DNA from: Nostoc sp. PCC 7120 = FACHB-418
GTDB lineage: Bacteria; Cyanobacteriota; Cyanobacteriia; Cyanobacteriales; Nostocaceae
Length of the DNA: 32,000 nt
NCBI RefSeq assembly: GCF_000009705.1
Contig: NC_003272.1
Location: forward strand, 3,000,001-3,032,000
Reading direction: 5' to 3'
Below the pieces are notes generated by a model. That model saw nothing but the letters and a program-made list of their open reading frames with translations. It was not told where the DNA came from and ran no database searches. The position numbers and the translations under genes are program-made. Shown piece after piece: positions 10,134-19,424 of this stretch. Positions within the stretch are counted from its first letter, which is position 1; each line of letters opens with the position of its first letter.

Positions 10134-11945
10134 CTAACTTTGATCTAAACGCAATACAGCCATAAAAGCTTCCTGGGGTACATCGACTGTACCGACGGAT
10201 TTCATCCGCTTTTTACCTTTTGCTTGTTTCTGCAAGAGTTTCTTCTTCCGGCTGATGTCACCGCCATAACACTTGGCGAGTACATCTTTACGCAAGGCGG
10301 GAATATGTTCGCTGGCGATGACTTTGCTACCAATAGACGCTTGAATGGGGACTTTAAATTGATGGCGGGGAATTAATTCCTTGAGTTTTTCCGCCATTGA
10401 ACGTCCCATACCATAGGCTTTATCTCGGTGAACAATCATCGCCAAGGAATCCACAGGATCACCATTAATCATGATGTCCAACTTCACCAAGGGGTTCTCG
10501 CGGTAGCCGATGAGGTGATATTCCATACTGGCATAACCACGCGATCGCGATTTCATTTGGTCGAAAAAGTCGGTAACAACTTCTGCCAAAGGAATTTCGT
10601 AGGTGAGGGTGGTACGTCCTTGGGTGAGATATTTCATATCTTTGAAGATACCCCGGCGATTTTGCGACAACTCCATCAAAGTGCCGACATAGGTTTCCGG
10701 TGTAATCATTTCCACCTTCACGTATGGTTCCTCAATCCTTTCGCGATCGTTGGGGGCTGGTAAATGGCTAGGATTATCTATATACAGTTCTTCGCCTTTG
10801 GTGGTGATGACTTTATACACCACCGAGGGGGCTGTAATAATTAAATCTAGGTCATACTCTCTTTCCAAGCGTTCCTGGACGATTTCCATGTGCAGCAAAC
10901 CCAAGAACCCACAACGGAACCCAAAACCCATCGCGCTAGAGGTTTCTGGTTCATATTGCAGCGCAGCATCATTGAGCCTCAACTTCTCTAAGGCTTCCCG
11001 CAAATCTTCAAATTGGTCAGCATCGATGGGGAACATTCCACAAAAAACCATTGGGTTGGCTTCTGTGTATCCCGGTAAAGCTTCTGTTGCTTTGGCGTTG
11101 CATAAGGTGATAGTGTCACCCACTCGCGCATCAGCTACTGCTTTAATTGCTGCACCGAAATAACCCACCTCCCCAGCGTGCAGTTCATTGACTGGTTTTT
11201 GGGTGGGAGAAAGAACGCCTAATTCATCGATTTCGTATTCTTTCTCGGAAGCCATGAGATAGACGCGATCGCCTTTTTTCACTGTTCCATCCATTACCCG
11301 GAAGTATACAATGACACCGCGATATATGTCATAGTAACTATCGAAGATTAATGCTCGTAAGCGCTGATCAACTGTATTGGGTGGTGGTGGTACACGCTCA
11401 ACAACGGCTTCGAGAATTTCATTAATACCGATTCCTTCTTTAGCCGAAGCGAGAATTGCCCCACTGCAATCTAGACCAATAATTTCTTCAATTTCGCCGA
11501 CTACCCGGTCTGGTTCTGCCCCTGGTAAGTCGATTTTGTTCAGAACTGGGATAATTTCTAGATTATGTTCGAGAGCTAAATATACGTTTGCCAGAGTTTG
11601 CGCCTCAACCCCTTGAGATGCGTCTACCACTAACAAAGCTCCCTCACACGCTGCCAAACTGCGGGAAACTTCATAGGAAAAGTCCACATGGCCAGGCGTA
11701 TCAATTAAATTCAGTACATACTGCTGCCCATCTTTGGCTTGATAATTCATCCGGGCAGCTTGCAGCTTAATTGTAATGCCGCGCTCCCGTTCCAAATCCA
11801 TGTTGTCGAGAAACTGTTCCTTCATTTGCCGCTCGTCAACAGTGCCAGTGGCTTGCAGTAAGCGATCGGCCAGGGTAGATTTCCCATGATCGATGTGAGC
11901 AATAATACAAAAATTGCGAATGCGAACTGCGGGAACGTCAGTCAT
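10134..11945 (-). CDS. lepA: Translation elongation factor 4 (LepA/EF4)
   Basis: 603-aa ORF. It has the GTPase G1-G4 motifs ([18 protein letters not shown]) and the characteristic LepA C-terminal domain (..[23 protein letters not shown]..). Confidence 0.97.
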   Translation of the reverse strand: MTDVPAVRIRNFCIIAHIDHGKSTLADRLLQATGTVDERQMKEQFLDNMDLERERGITIKLQAARMNYQAKDGQQYVLNLIDTPGHVDFSYEVSRSLAACEGALLVVDASQGVEAQTLANVYLALEHNLEIIPVLNKIDLPGAEPDRVVGEIEEIIGLDCSGAILASAKEGIGINEILEAVVERVPPPPNTVDQRLRALIFDSYYDIYRGVIVYFRVMDGTVKKGDRVYLMASEKEYEIDELGVLSPTQKPVNELHAGEVGYFGAAIKAVADARVGDTITLCNAKATEALPGYTEANPMVFCGMFPIDADQFEDLREALEKLRLNDAALQYEPETSSAMGFGFRCGFLGLLHMEIVQERLEREYDLDLIITAPSVVYKVITTKGEELYIDNPSHLPAPNDRERIEEPYVKVEMITPETYVGTLMELSQNRRGIFKDMKYLTQGRTTLTYEIPLAEVVTDFFDQMKSRSRGYASMEYHLIGYRENPLVKLDIMINGDPVDSLAMIVHRDKAYGMGRSMAEKLKELIPRHQFKVPIQASIGSKVIASEHIPALRKDVLAKCYGGDISRKKKLLQKQAKGKKRMKSVGTVDVPQEAFMAVLRLDQS

Positions 11946-12048
11946 ATACTAATCTGTGCTGAAGCAGCAACCAAGGTTAAAAGAGCATTTTACTTCATGT
12001 ATTTTAATGCTTTATTAGCCAACGCGCATTAAGAAGGCAAAAGGTGGA

Positions 12049-12117
12049 ACAATTCAAAATTCAAAATTCAAAATTCAAAATACCCTACGGGAAGCTAAAG
12101 CTACAAAATTCAAAATT
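12049..12117. repeat. Heptamer tandem repeat (AATTCAA x4) interrupted by a short insert, then the heptamer resumes
   Basis: aattcaa is repeated four times at 12051-12078. Then come accctacgggaagctaaagctac and aaaattcaaaatt. The same TTCAAAA heptamer occurs at 17443-17520 and 20667-20711. Confidence 0.85.
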
Positions 12118-12155
12118 AGGAATCAATGACTTACCCACCACTCCCTACACTCTAA

Positions 12156-15047
12156 TCATTCTGGTCGTAAATCGTTGGATAGTTCCACAATCCCCCTAGA
12201 CCCGTCGATTCTGACTCGTTGACCATCTTGCAGAATCCAGGTTGCGCCTTTAACATCCATCACCGCAGGTATACCGTATTCTCGCGCGACGATCGCCCCG
12301 TGGGAAAGTCTACCACCGGCTTCAGCAACTAATCCTCCTGCCCTAACTAACAAAGGGGCCCAGCCGGAATCTGTATAGGGTACTACCAGTATTGTATCTT
12401 TGTCGATGTCTGGTAAGTTCTGTAAGTTTCGCACCACTTTGATTCTGCCTTCGGCTTGTCCATGACTGGCGGCAATACCTTGTAATATTTGGTCAGAGTA
12501 AATATCTGTGGTTTCTGAAGGATGAGGGGGTATATTGCCGTATACTACCAGGGGGACTTGTTCAATTTGACTATCTTGGTGAAATTGCGATCGCCTAAAT
12601 TTGATCAGTTCGTTTAAGCTAACTCTTAACTCATCATTGGTATCTGCTAATAAATTTCGTAATTCATCCAACTCTAAAAAGAAGATATCGCCTGCTTCCT
12701 TCAGTACCCCCGATTTCAGCAGAATTTTTTCTAAAGCTACAAATCTCCACCGTAATTCGGCTAATAGCCGGGAATAAAGCTCGGTGACTCGTCCTTTAAT
12801 ATCTACTCGTCGTTGTACAGTCCCGCGTTTGCGTTTCGGTGCAACAACTTTCCTCGCTTCTAATTCGGCTTTTTCTGGCTCGCTGAGTTGAATTAACTGG
12901 ACAAATAACTGTTTGATGGGTTGGGGGTCTTCTTTCCAAGTGGGGACGGCAATATTTGTGCCGACATCACTCAAATAACCGTAATCTTCCAATAGTTCGT
13001 TAAATTCATACAGAATCTTTTCTCCCCCTGGGACTTGCGCCAATTTATCGAAGACTTGCTCAGGTTCACACTCTGGTAATACCTGTTTGGCATCTACAGC
13101 TAAAGCTCTGAGTGAGCGTAAAGCGGCTACTTCTGGGGTGACACTATTATCAATTTGCTCATCTTTCACCCGGAAAACTCCCTGTCTGATGGCGGCACTC
13201 AGGGGAGCTAAAATGCTGTAGTAAGTGCCACGGCGCATCAATTCTAGGTTGAAATCAATCCCGGCTAGCAGTTCCTCTATCTCTTGTTCCTCTAGGGACG
13301 CATTGGCTAATTGAGATAACCCCGGAATAAATACCTTTTGGTAATCTTGTTTAAAGTCTTTTTCTAAATTGAGTTCCTGTTTCAGTAACTTGAGTAATCC
13401 CGGCAGATTTTGTAAGGTTGACTGCAACGGTGGTTTACTGATTTTTGCACCTCTTGTTAAAAACTCTAAACTTTCTGGCGGTAATCCCATCCTGAGGAAA
13501 ATTTCTCCCAGGAGAGAGGCATTAAAATAAGCTCTAGAATAGTGCAGGGTTGCCGTTTCTGTAAAATCTAATCCTGTAGAGCGATCGCCTAATACTATCG
13601 TAAAAATATCACCCCAAACCCCACAAGTTAAGGGACGATTAATCGACCAAGTTAAGGGATGCACCACACCGGGAATCACTTCCGCCGCGATTTTCCTTGT
13701 CCAGATGGGTAATAAGGTCGTGATTGGTCTTGCTTGCAATAACCACAGGGTTTGTCCGTCGTAACTCCACTCAATGTCTTGCGGTACTCCCAAGTAACGC
13801 TTTTCTAGCCGACGAGCTAAGTAAGCCACTTGTTTAATTAATGCCTGCGGTACTCTTCCTGTGCCTTCTAGTTTTACCGAGGACAAATTATCAGCCTCCA
13901 GCACAAAAGCCCGATATTGCTCTGGTGTGACTTTGCCAGAAACAACTTGAGTCGGGCTACCGGGTAAAGCTTCGATAATCACCGCATCACCTTGCTGGGT
14001 AATAGGATCACGGCTAAAAGCTACCCCAGAATAGGCACTTTGGACTTGTTGTTGAATCAGAACTGACATGGCTGTGTCGGGTAGACCGCGATCGCGCCGA
14101 TACTGCACAGCAGGTGGATAATTATATGATTCTCTGACTTCTGTAATAGCTTGTTGTAGTTGCTGATAACTGGCAACTTGTAAAACTGTTAAATATTGCC
14201 CAGCCGCCGAAGCCTGTTCTGAGTCTTCCCCAATGGCGGAAGAACGGACGACCAGGGGTGATAATTCGGAAGGTTGGAGAAACTCTAATAATTTTTCTGG
14301 ATCATCTCCAGGAGTGAGTACCCAACCCTTGGGTACTTGATAACCCCAGCGCTTAATTTGAGATAAAGTAGCGGCTTTCTGTCCCACGATCGCCGGATCT
14401 AACTCATCATCTAAACTGAGGATGATATCGTTGCCTTGTAAATATTCAAATACGCCTTGTGACTCTGAATCTACCTCTTGGGAAGACAAATCCAAGTCGT
14501 CAGGAATTTTTTTATAAATCCACCATAACAATCCTGCGAGTGCTACAGCACTAATAATCTTAGGAAAATCTTCGGCGTGGAGAAGCACCACAAATAAAGG
14601 AAACACAAATAAGACTCCGTACTTTACCACATTTCTCGACTGCAACAGGGTGAAGCTGATAATTGCCAACAGACTCACAAAGATTGTGAGCAGGGGATCA
14701 TGTACTAATAGTCCCCAAACGACGTTGGTTGTCCCCGCCCCTCTGCCCATAAAGTACCTGCCGAGTACCAAAGCTATCAAGGAAAGCAATTCCCAAAATG
14801 ACCCCTCAGGGAAAAAAGCACGAGCAAGATAAATTGCGGCGACTCCTTTGAGGGCTTCGGATACAACCGCTAAAATCCCTGCAATGGTGCCACCGTGGTA
14901 AAAAGCTGCGGAGACACTGACATTTTTTGTACCTATGTGAGCTAAACGTCTCTTCTTGAGCGCGTAAGTAATCCAAGCAATTACAGGTAACGCGCCCAAG
15001 AAGGGACAGACAATTAATATAACTAAGGCACCCCAAAGTTCTCTCAT
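12156..15047 (-). CDS. Fusion protein: an N-terminal PlsY-like polytopic membrane domain joined to a PEP-synthase/pyruvate-phosphate-dikinase-like ATP-grasp domain and a C-terminal swivelling phosphohistidine domain
   Basis: 963-aa ORF with an ATG start. Residues 1 to about 190 are hydrophobic, with a PlsY-like pattern (CPFLGALP...IGTKNVSVSAAFYHGG...LKGVAAIYLAR). A PPDK_N-type region follows (VGQKAATLSQIKRWGYQVPKGWVL ... DIEWSYDGQTLWLLQARPIT). The C-terminal PEP-utilizer mobile domain reads ILVVPYTDSGWAPLLVRAGGLVAEAGGRLSHGAIVAREYGIPAV. Confidence 0.8.
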   Translation of the reverse strand: MRELWGALVILIVCPFLGALPVIAWITYALKKRRLAHIGTKNVSVSAAFYHGGTIAGILAVVSEALKGVAAIYLARAFFPEGSFWELLSLIALVLGRYFMGRGAGTTNVVWGLLVHDPLLTIFVSLLAIISFTLLQSRNVVKYGVLFVFPLFVVLLHAEDFPKIISAVALAGLLWWIYKKIPDDLDLSSQEVDSESQGVFEYLQGNDIILSLDDELDPAIVGQKAATLSQIKRWGYQVPKGWVLTPGDDPEKLLEFLQPSELSPLVVRSSAIGEDSEQASAAGQYLTVLQVASYQQLQQAITEVRESYNYPPAVQYRRDRGLPDTAMSVLIQQQVQSAYSGVAFSRDPITQQGDAVIIEALPGSPTQVVSGKVTPEQYRAFVLEADNLSSVKLEGTGRVPQALIKQVAYLARRLEKRYLGVPQDIEWSYDGQTLWLLQARPITTLLPIWTRKIAAEVIPGVVHPLTWSINRPLTCGVWGDIFTIVLGDRSTGLDFTETATLHYSRAYFNASLLGEIFLRMGLPPESLEFLTRGAKISKPPLQSTLQNLPGLLKLLKQELNLEKDFKQDYQKVFIPGLSQLANASLEEQEIEELLAGIDFNLELMRRGTYYSILAPLSAAIRQGVFRVKDEQIDNSVTPEVAALRSLRALAVDAKQVLPECEPEQVFDKLAQVPGGEKILYEFNELLEDYGYLSDVGTNIAVPTWKEDPQPIKQLFVQLIQLSEPEKAELEARKVVAPKRKRGTVQRRVDIKGRVTELYSRLLAELRWRFVALEKILLKSGVLKEAGDIFFLELDELRNLLADTNDELRVSLNELIKFRRSQFHQDSQIEQVPLVVYGNIPPHPSETTDIYSDQILQGIAASHGQAEGRIKVVRNLQNLPDIDKDTILVVPYTDSGWAPLLVRAGGLVAEAGGRLSHGAIVAREYGIPAVMDVKGATWILQDGQRVRIDGSRGIVELSNDLRPE

Positions 15048-15334
15048 TTATGAATTTTTGATTTGAGATTAATCTTGCACTTAAAACCTCAAATCTTCAA
15101 TATCTAAAGTTTTTCTACAATTTTGGCTGCTGATTCTGGGGATGTTGTTAGTCGCTTGACGAAGACACATGATGGAAATCTATGAGGACTCACGCAATGA
15201 AAACTTGTGAGGGTTCAGGGGTATGAGGATATGAGGGTTTAATAGATTTGATTCTTACCCTATACCCCTAATGGGTATGTTTTCATGTGTAAGCCCTCAC
15301 TGTATTTCTGTTGTCCCTCTAAGCTATTACACGC

Positions 15335-15475
15335 TCAGTTGAGTGCGTAAGCTGCTTGTAACGCCCAAATAATCAAACCAGCGATCGCTCCCAACAGTAA
15401 TACTGTAGAGACGGTGACTACCTTAGGGGAGTCGGCCCCTTCAAATTTCATAATTCCGCGATTTAAGTCGGACAT
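15335..15475 (-). CDS. Small (46 aa) single-pass membrane protein of unknown function
   Basis: Below the 60-aa cutoff of the ORF track. The translation is MSDLNRGIMKFEGADSPKVVTVSTVLLLGAIAGLIIWALQAAYALN*. A strong AAGGAGG sits 10 nt upstream of the ATG, and there is a clear C-terminal TM helix. Confidence 0.5.
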   Translation of the reverse strand: MSDLNRGIMKFEGADSPKVVTVSTVLLLGAIAGLIIWALQAAYALN

Positions 15476-15819
15476 AACTTTGTAATCCTCCTTTTTGACT
15501 GGGCTAATTTACCCGTTTTGATTTTAGTCTTTCTATTCGCTGATCAGGCGAAATTACTAATAATATTTTGTTTAAGCTTTGCAACATTTCCATCACCAAT
15601 TTTACTTACTCCTCCAGACTATTTGTTCAGTTTTATACGAAAAAATCAGGCTTAAGGAATAGAGAATAGGTGATGAGGAATTGAGCAAAAGTCTATGTTC
15701 GCTAAATTTGAGAGGAAATATTCAATCAAATGAGGGTAATCTTTTATTGGGAAAAAATCAGTATAATCATTTACTTTAAATTTAGTTGTTTTCCGCGTTT
15801 AAGGAAAGGTTGGTGATAA

Positions 15820-16770
15820 ATGAAATTAGTATTAACAATGATTTCGCTCATAACCATAGGATTGCTGGCGCTGGAGATAGGGTTGCGATCGCTCTTTGGT
15901 TTTGGTAATCCTTTGGTTTACATCGGGGATCAGCACATTGGTTACTTGTTGGCTCCTAACCAGCGTACCCGTCGCTTTGGTAATCGCATAGAAATCAATG
16001 AATATTCTATGCGTAGTAAGGCGATCGCCAAGATACCTGCACCCGCCACACTGCGAGTTCTACTGTTGGGGGATTCGATTATTAACGGTGGTTGGTGGAC
16101 AGATCAAACGAATACAATCTCTAATTTGATGACAACTTCCCTTAGTTCATCAACTCATGACAATTATCGACAAGTGGAGGTACTGAATGCTTCGGCTAAT
16201 TCCTGGGGGCCGAGAAACGAGCTAGCTTACTTGCAACGTTATGGTAACTTTCATGCCCAAATAATCGTATTAGTACTGAATACTGATGATTTATTTGCCA
16301 CTGCACCGACATCTTTACCAGTAGGACGTGATCGCAACTATCCAGACAAAAAACCACCCCTAGCATTAATAGAAGTATGGCAGCGTTACATCCAAAAACC
16401 CCAGTCAATCCCAGAATTAGTTGCATTGCAGAAAGAAGGGGGCGATCGTGTAGGGATTAATCTAGATGCGATTGGTAAAATTCAAGCATTCGCTCATGAA
16501 AACAATAGCCAATTTCTGCTAGTGATGACTCCCTTATTACGAGAATTGGGCGAACCAGGCCCCCGTGATTACGAAATCACAGCACGTCAACGCCTGAAGG
16601 ACTTTACTCAGTCTCAGGAGATGGCATATATAGACTTTTTACCAATATTCAACGCCACAAATAACTTCAAAGCCTTATACAGAGACCATATTCATCTCAG
16701 CTTACAAGGAAATCAGCTAGTCAGTAAAGAAATTGAGCAAGCGATCGCTTCTTTTACTCATACAAAATAG
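15820..16770 (+). CDS. SGNH/GDSL-family hydrolase with an N-terminal membrane anchor
   Basis: 316-aa ORF. It has an N-terminal TM (LVLTMISLITIGLLALEIGL), a block I motif LLLGDSIINGG and a block V-like motif RDHIHLS. Confidence 0.7.
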   Translation: MKLVLTMISLITIGLLALEIGLRSLFGFGNPLVYIGDQHIGYLLAPNQRTRRFGNRIEINEYSMRSKAIAKIPAPATLRVLLLGDSIINGGWWTDQTNTISNLMTTSLSSSTHDNYRQVEVLNASANSWGPRNELAYLQRYGNFHAQIIVLVLNTDDLFATAPTSLPVGRDRNYPDKKPPLALIEVWQRYIQKPQSIPELVALQKEGGDRVGINLDAIGKIQAFAHENNSQFLLVMTPLLRELGEPGPRDYEITARQRLKDFTQSQEMAYIDFLPIFNATNNFKALYRDHIHLSLQGNQLVSKEIEQAIASFTHTK

Positions 16771-16815
16771 GACGCTTATTTGATTTTAGCCATACATACT
16801 CTACACCATTCTGAA

Positions 16816-17445
16816 TTACCCATTACTTTCCCGAATCCAGAGTGCCAAACCGCCACCACGTCCACGGGCGGCAATAAAATCTTGTGTCACTATAAAGAAA
16901 GCAAAGAATGCTTGTTTAGCGATGGATTGGCTGTAAAAATCTTCGTAATTAACTTTCCCTGAACGAATATTTTGTTGGTAAATTTTTCGACCAAATACAT
17001 TAATATACATTTGGGTAAAGTCAAAAGCTAAAAGATTTTTCTTGCCTAAATATTTAGCTGGGCCTGTAAGTCTTAATAATAATGACCCCAATTGCACCTG
17101 GTTGCCAACTTCCCCTCTGTTAACATCTTCTGTTGAACCGGAACTAAAAGATATATAAATTTTGGTAAATTGCGGTACATACCAACCCTTTCCTAAAATT
17201 ATTCCCCCGCGTTTTTGAGCTTTTTTCGTCCCTGTTGCAAAACACAATCGCCATTGTCCAACTAAACTATCAAAATCATAAGTCAGGTGTTGTTTCTTGG
17301 CTGATTTTTCCGCTTGTAATAAAGCATTTACTATGACTTCTGGCTGGGGACGATTTTTGTTTTGTTCACGATACGCCGCCGCCGCTTCCCATAAGATGTT
17401 AACAAAGTTGTCTGTAGTGGTAGATGTCAAGTCGCTTCGCTCCAA
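16816..17445 (-). CDS. Conserved hypothetical protein, possibly PAP/fibrillin-like
   Basis: 209-aa ORF. It has only a TTG start and no in-frame ATG near the 5' end, so the start is uncertain. The C-terminal pattern DFIAARGRGGGLALWIRE resembles the D..R..RG..G.L.V ending of fibrillin-family proteins. This is from memory, not searched. Confidence 0.45.
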   Translation of the reverse strand: MERSDLTSTTTDNFVNILWEAAAAYREQNKNRPQPEVIVNALLQAEKSAKKQHLTYDFDSLVGQWRLCFATGTKKAQKRGGIILGKGWYVPQFTKIYISFSSGSTEDVNRGEVGNQVQLGSLLLRLTGPAKYLGKKNLLAFDFTQMYINVFGRKIYQQNIRSGKVNYEDFYSQSIAKQAFFAFFIVTQDFIAARGRGGGLALWIRESNG

Positions 17446-17520
17446 TTCAAAATTCGTCTTGAAAAGTTTCCTACGGCGGGAAACCCGCCTACAGAACTTT
17501 TCGCAAAATTCAAAATAATT
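17443..17520. repeat. Small dispersed repeat (hairpin type) inserted in TTCAAAA heptamer repeats
   Basis: The sequence reads caattcaaaattc [gtcttgaaaagtttcctacggcgggaaacccgcctacagaacttttcgc] aaaattcaaaataatt. The insert pairs gaaaagtt/aacttttc and ggcggg/cccgcc. It overlaps the putative TTG start of the upstream CDS. Confidence 0.75.
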
Positions 17521-17537
17521 ATAGTAAATCTTAAGTA

Positions 17538-17722
17538 GGGTGTGTTACGGCTATGAAAGAATTTGGGACTTAGAGACAAGAAAATTTAGCCGTAATGCAC
17601 CGCCTCACGGATGGTGCGTTAGGCGCAAGGATAGTTATTTCGTGACCAATTATCTGGAAAATCAGCGCCTAACACAACGCCAGTTGCTACAACGGAGAAA
17701 ACCTCCGCAACGCATTGGCTCC
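17538..17722. repeat. Cluster of three further hairpin-type small dispersed repeats
   Basis: IR-A is ggtgtgttacggct (17539-17552) with agccgtaatgcacc (17588-17601). IR-B is ggtgcgttaggcgc (17613-17626) with gcgcctaacacaac (17665-17678). Hairpin C is cggag-aaaa-cctccg (about 17693-17707). Confidence 0.7.
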
Positions 17723-17834
17723 CCTACAATAATTTTATTTTTGCTTTATAGATAACCGCCGATTAATAATAGTAATTTGAGACTAAATGACAACATACAT
17801 CGACGGTTTAATTTATGAAATTGCTACTTATTGG

Positions 17835-19424
17835 TTAAGCGATATGTAACACTTTGCGTAAAAGTGTCTGGTCTTCTAGCTTTGCTTTTAAGCGACCATT
17901 TTCTATGTCTCGAATCCAGCTTTGGCTTTTACCAGTTAACTTTGCTAATTCCCGTTGAGATAAGTTCAAACTTTTGCGAGCTTGCAAAATTTGCTCACCA
18001 ACTAAATCACCTGCGGTTTTTAGTTTTTGTCTACTCTTAGCAGTTCGCCGTTGTTTTTTTTCTGATTCAGCAATTTGTCGTTCCCATTCTGGTGGTAGTT
18101 CAAAGGATAAAATTCGCGCATTCATCAATAGATTCCACTTACCACGGGGGCCGCTATCAGTGAGGCGAGTTTCACCACCTGCATCATTAATCCAAAACTC
18201 TAATGCTTCATCGGGGTCTTCAGGAATATCTACTAATTTCGCCCATAAAGGTTGGATAGCAAGAGGATAAGTGATGGGATCGAAGATGGGTTTAATTCCT
18301 AAATGATTTAGTACTTCTAAATCATTTTCAAATGTCCGTAATAGGCGTTTGCGTTCTTCTCGATGTCTAGTAGCAATATTGACTTTTTCTTGACCATAAG
18401 CAATACGTAGTAAGGTAGGAACTGTGATGCGTTGTTCCTTACCCATTTTGGTTTTAAATAATAACCATAGCATTAATCTTACGGCTCCTTCGTGCTGCTG
18501 CCAAATACTCATGACTGTGGTTAGCAGGGTCTTGGGTAGGCTACCATATTGATAGAATGCAGTGCGTTCTTTGCATCCTTGTTTGTTTAAGAAATATTGG
18601 CTCCATATCCCGGCTTTGACTTTAAATGTTAGCCCAACGAGATATTTACAACCCAATTTATCTTCTTGAAAGTGGTGCTGAATACTTACTAAGTCCCACA
18701 AGCGGCTATTGGCGACTGAAAACCCCTTCACTTGTCCTTGCTGAGGCCAGTCCATAGAAATAATAAGTGAGCAAGCTTGCTGCACAAGATTTTTCATTAG
18801 GGCTAGTTTGGCGGCTTTGCTCAGGTCTTTGCGTTTCTCTAACCCTAAATATTTTTCTAGCTGTCGTTCGTCAATAGTAAACTCCTGTTCCCAAGGTTTA
18901 TCTAAGGCTGTAGCATGGGCAGCTAGAATTAAATGGATACAAGCAGCTCTAATATCAAATACCTCAATGGCTGCTACATCTTTGGCCTTTTCGTTGACTT
19001 GGAACGGGTCTTGGATATGAAAAGCGATTTTTCCTCGTCCTTGGTTGACTGCTCGACTGTAGCAGAGATAGCCTGCTTCGTCAGTTTCCCAGTTCAGGGC
19101 TGTACGTTGCGCTAGTAGGTTGCAGGCTTCCCAAATTGCGATCGCCGATGCAAATGGGTTATTCTTCCCATTAGAAAATAAGTCTGGGCTAGTTGCATCT
19201 CGCGGTTCCACTTTACATCGCCCCTTCTTTGCTTGCCACGGTATGGGGGATTTGACTGGACAAGCTATCACACACTGCGGTTCAGCATAATAACCCTCAC
19301 AATTATTACAAAGAGACGGATCTATCCAGTATTTATTGTTTTCGATTTTGATTGCACCCGTAGGACATTGGGGACGGCAGTTGTCACATCCAACGCAACT
19401 GTTGTTAGGAATTGTATAAGGCAT
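17835..19424 (-). CDS. patB: PatB/CnfR-type transcriptional regulator: N-terminal 2x[4Fe-4S] ferredoxin-like domain plus C-terminal XRE-type helix-turn-helix
   Basis: Two Cys clusters are present: CVGCDNCRPQCPTGAI and CNNCEGYYAEPQCVIACP. The C-terminal HTH reads LNLSQRELAKLTGKSQSWIRDIENGR. The track ORF starts at a TTG (19466). The in-frame ATG at 19424 (MPYTIPNN...) gives 529 aa, the size I recall for Anabaena PatB. The neighbouring fdxB-like and cox genes match the PCC 7120 context. Confidence 0.85.
   Translation of the reverse strand: MPYTIPNNSCVGCDNCRPQCPTGAIKIENNKYWIDPSLCNNCEGYYAEPQCVIACPVKSPIPWQAKKGRCKVEPRDATSPDLFSNGKNNPFASAIAIWEACNLLAQRTALNWETDEAGYLCYSRAVNQGRGKIAFHIQDPFQVNEKAKDVAAIEVFDIRAACIHLILAAHATALDKPWEQEFTIDERQLEKYLGLEKRKDLSKAAKLALMKNLVQQACSLIISMDWPQQGQVKGFSVANSRLWDLVSIQHHFQEDKLGCKYLVGLTFKVKAGIWSQYFLNKQGCKERTAFYQYGSLPKTLLTTVMSIWQQHEGAVRLMLWLLFKTKMGKEQRITVPTLLRIAYGQEKVNIATRHREERKRLLRTFENDLEVLNHLGIKPIFDPITYPLAIQPLWAKLVDIPEDPDEALEFWINDAGGETRLTDSGPRGKWNLLMNARILSFELPPEWERQIAESEKKQRRTAKSRQKLKTAGDLVGEQILQARKSLNLSQRELAKLTGKSQSWIRDIENGRLKAKLEDQTLLRKVLHIA

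Noticed and set aside
10428-11770. Several plus-strand ORFs (111, 137, 79 and 60 aa) antisense to lepA.
   Set aside because: These are shadow ORFs inside a highly conserved GTPase gene. There are no ribosome-binding sites or recognisable domains.
12051-12081. Whether the short tandem repeat arrays (also at 20667-20711, 24637-24708 and 26613-26643) could be CRISPR arrays.
   Set aside because: The period is 7 bp with no unique spacers, and there are no cas genes in the window. These are the heptamer tandem repeats typical of heterocystous cyanobacteria.
15181-15302. A cluster of GGGGTATGAGG / CCCTATACCCC and GTGAGGG / CCCTCAC inverted segments downstream of the fusion-gene start, considered as a single long hairpin or sRNA. 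A related pair is at 30945-31010.
   Set aside because: The complementary blocks are not in collinear order, so they cannot form one simple hairpin. No terminator-like U-tract is present. They are better explained as more copies of small dispersed repeats.
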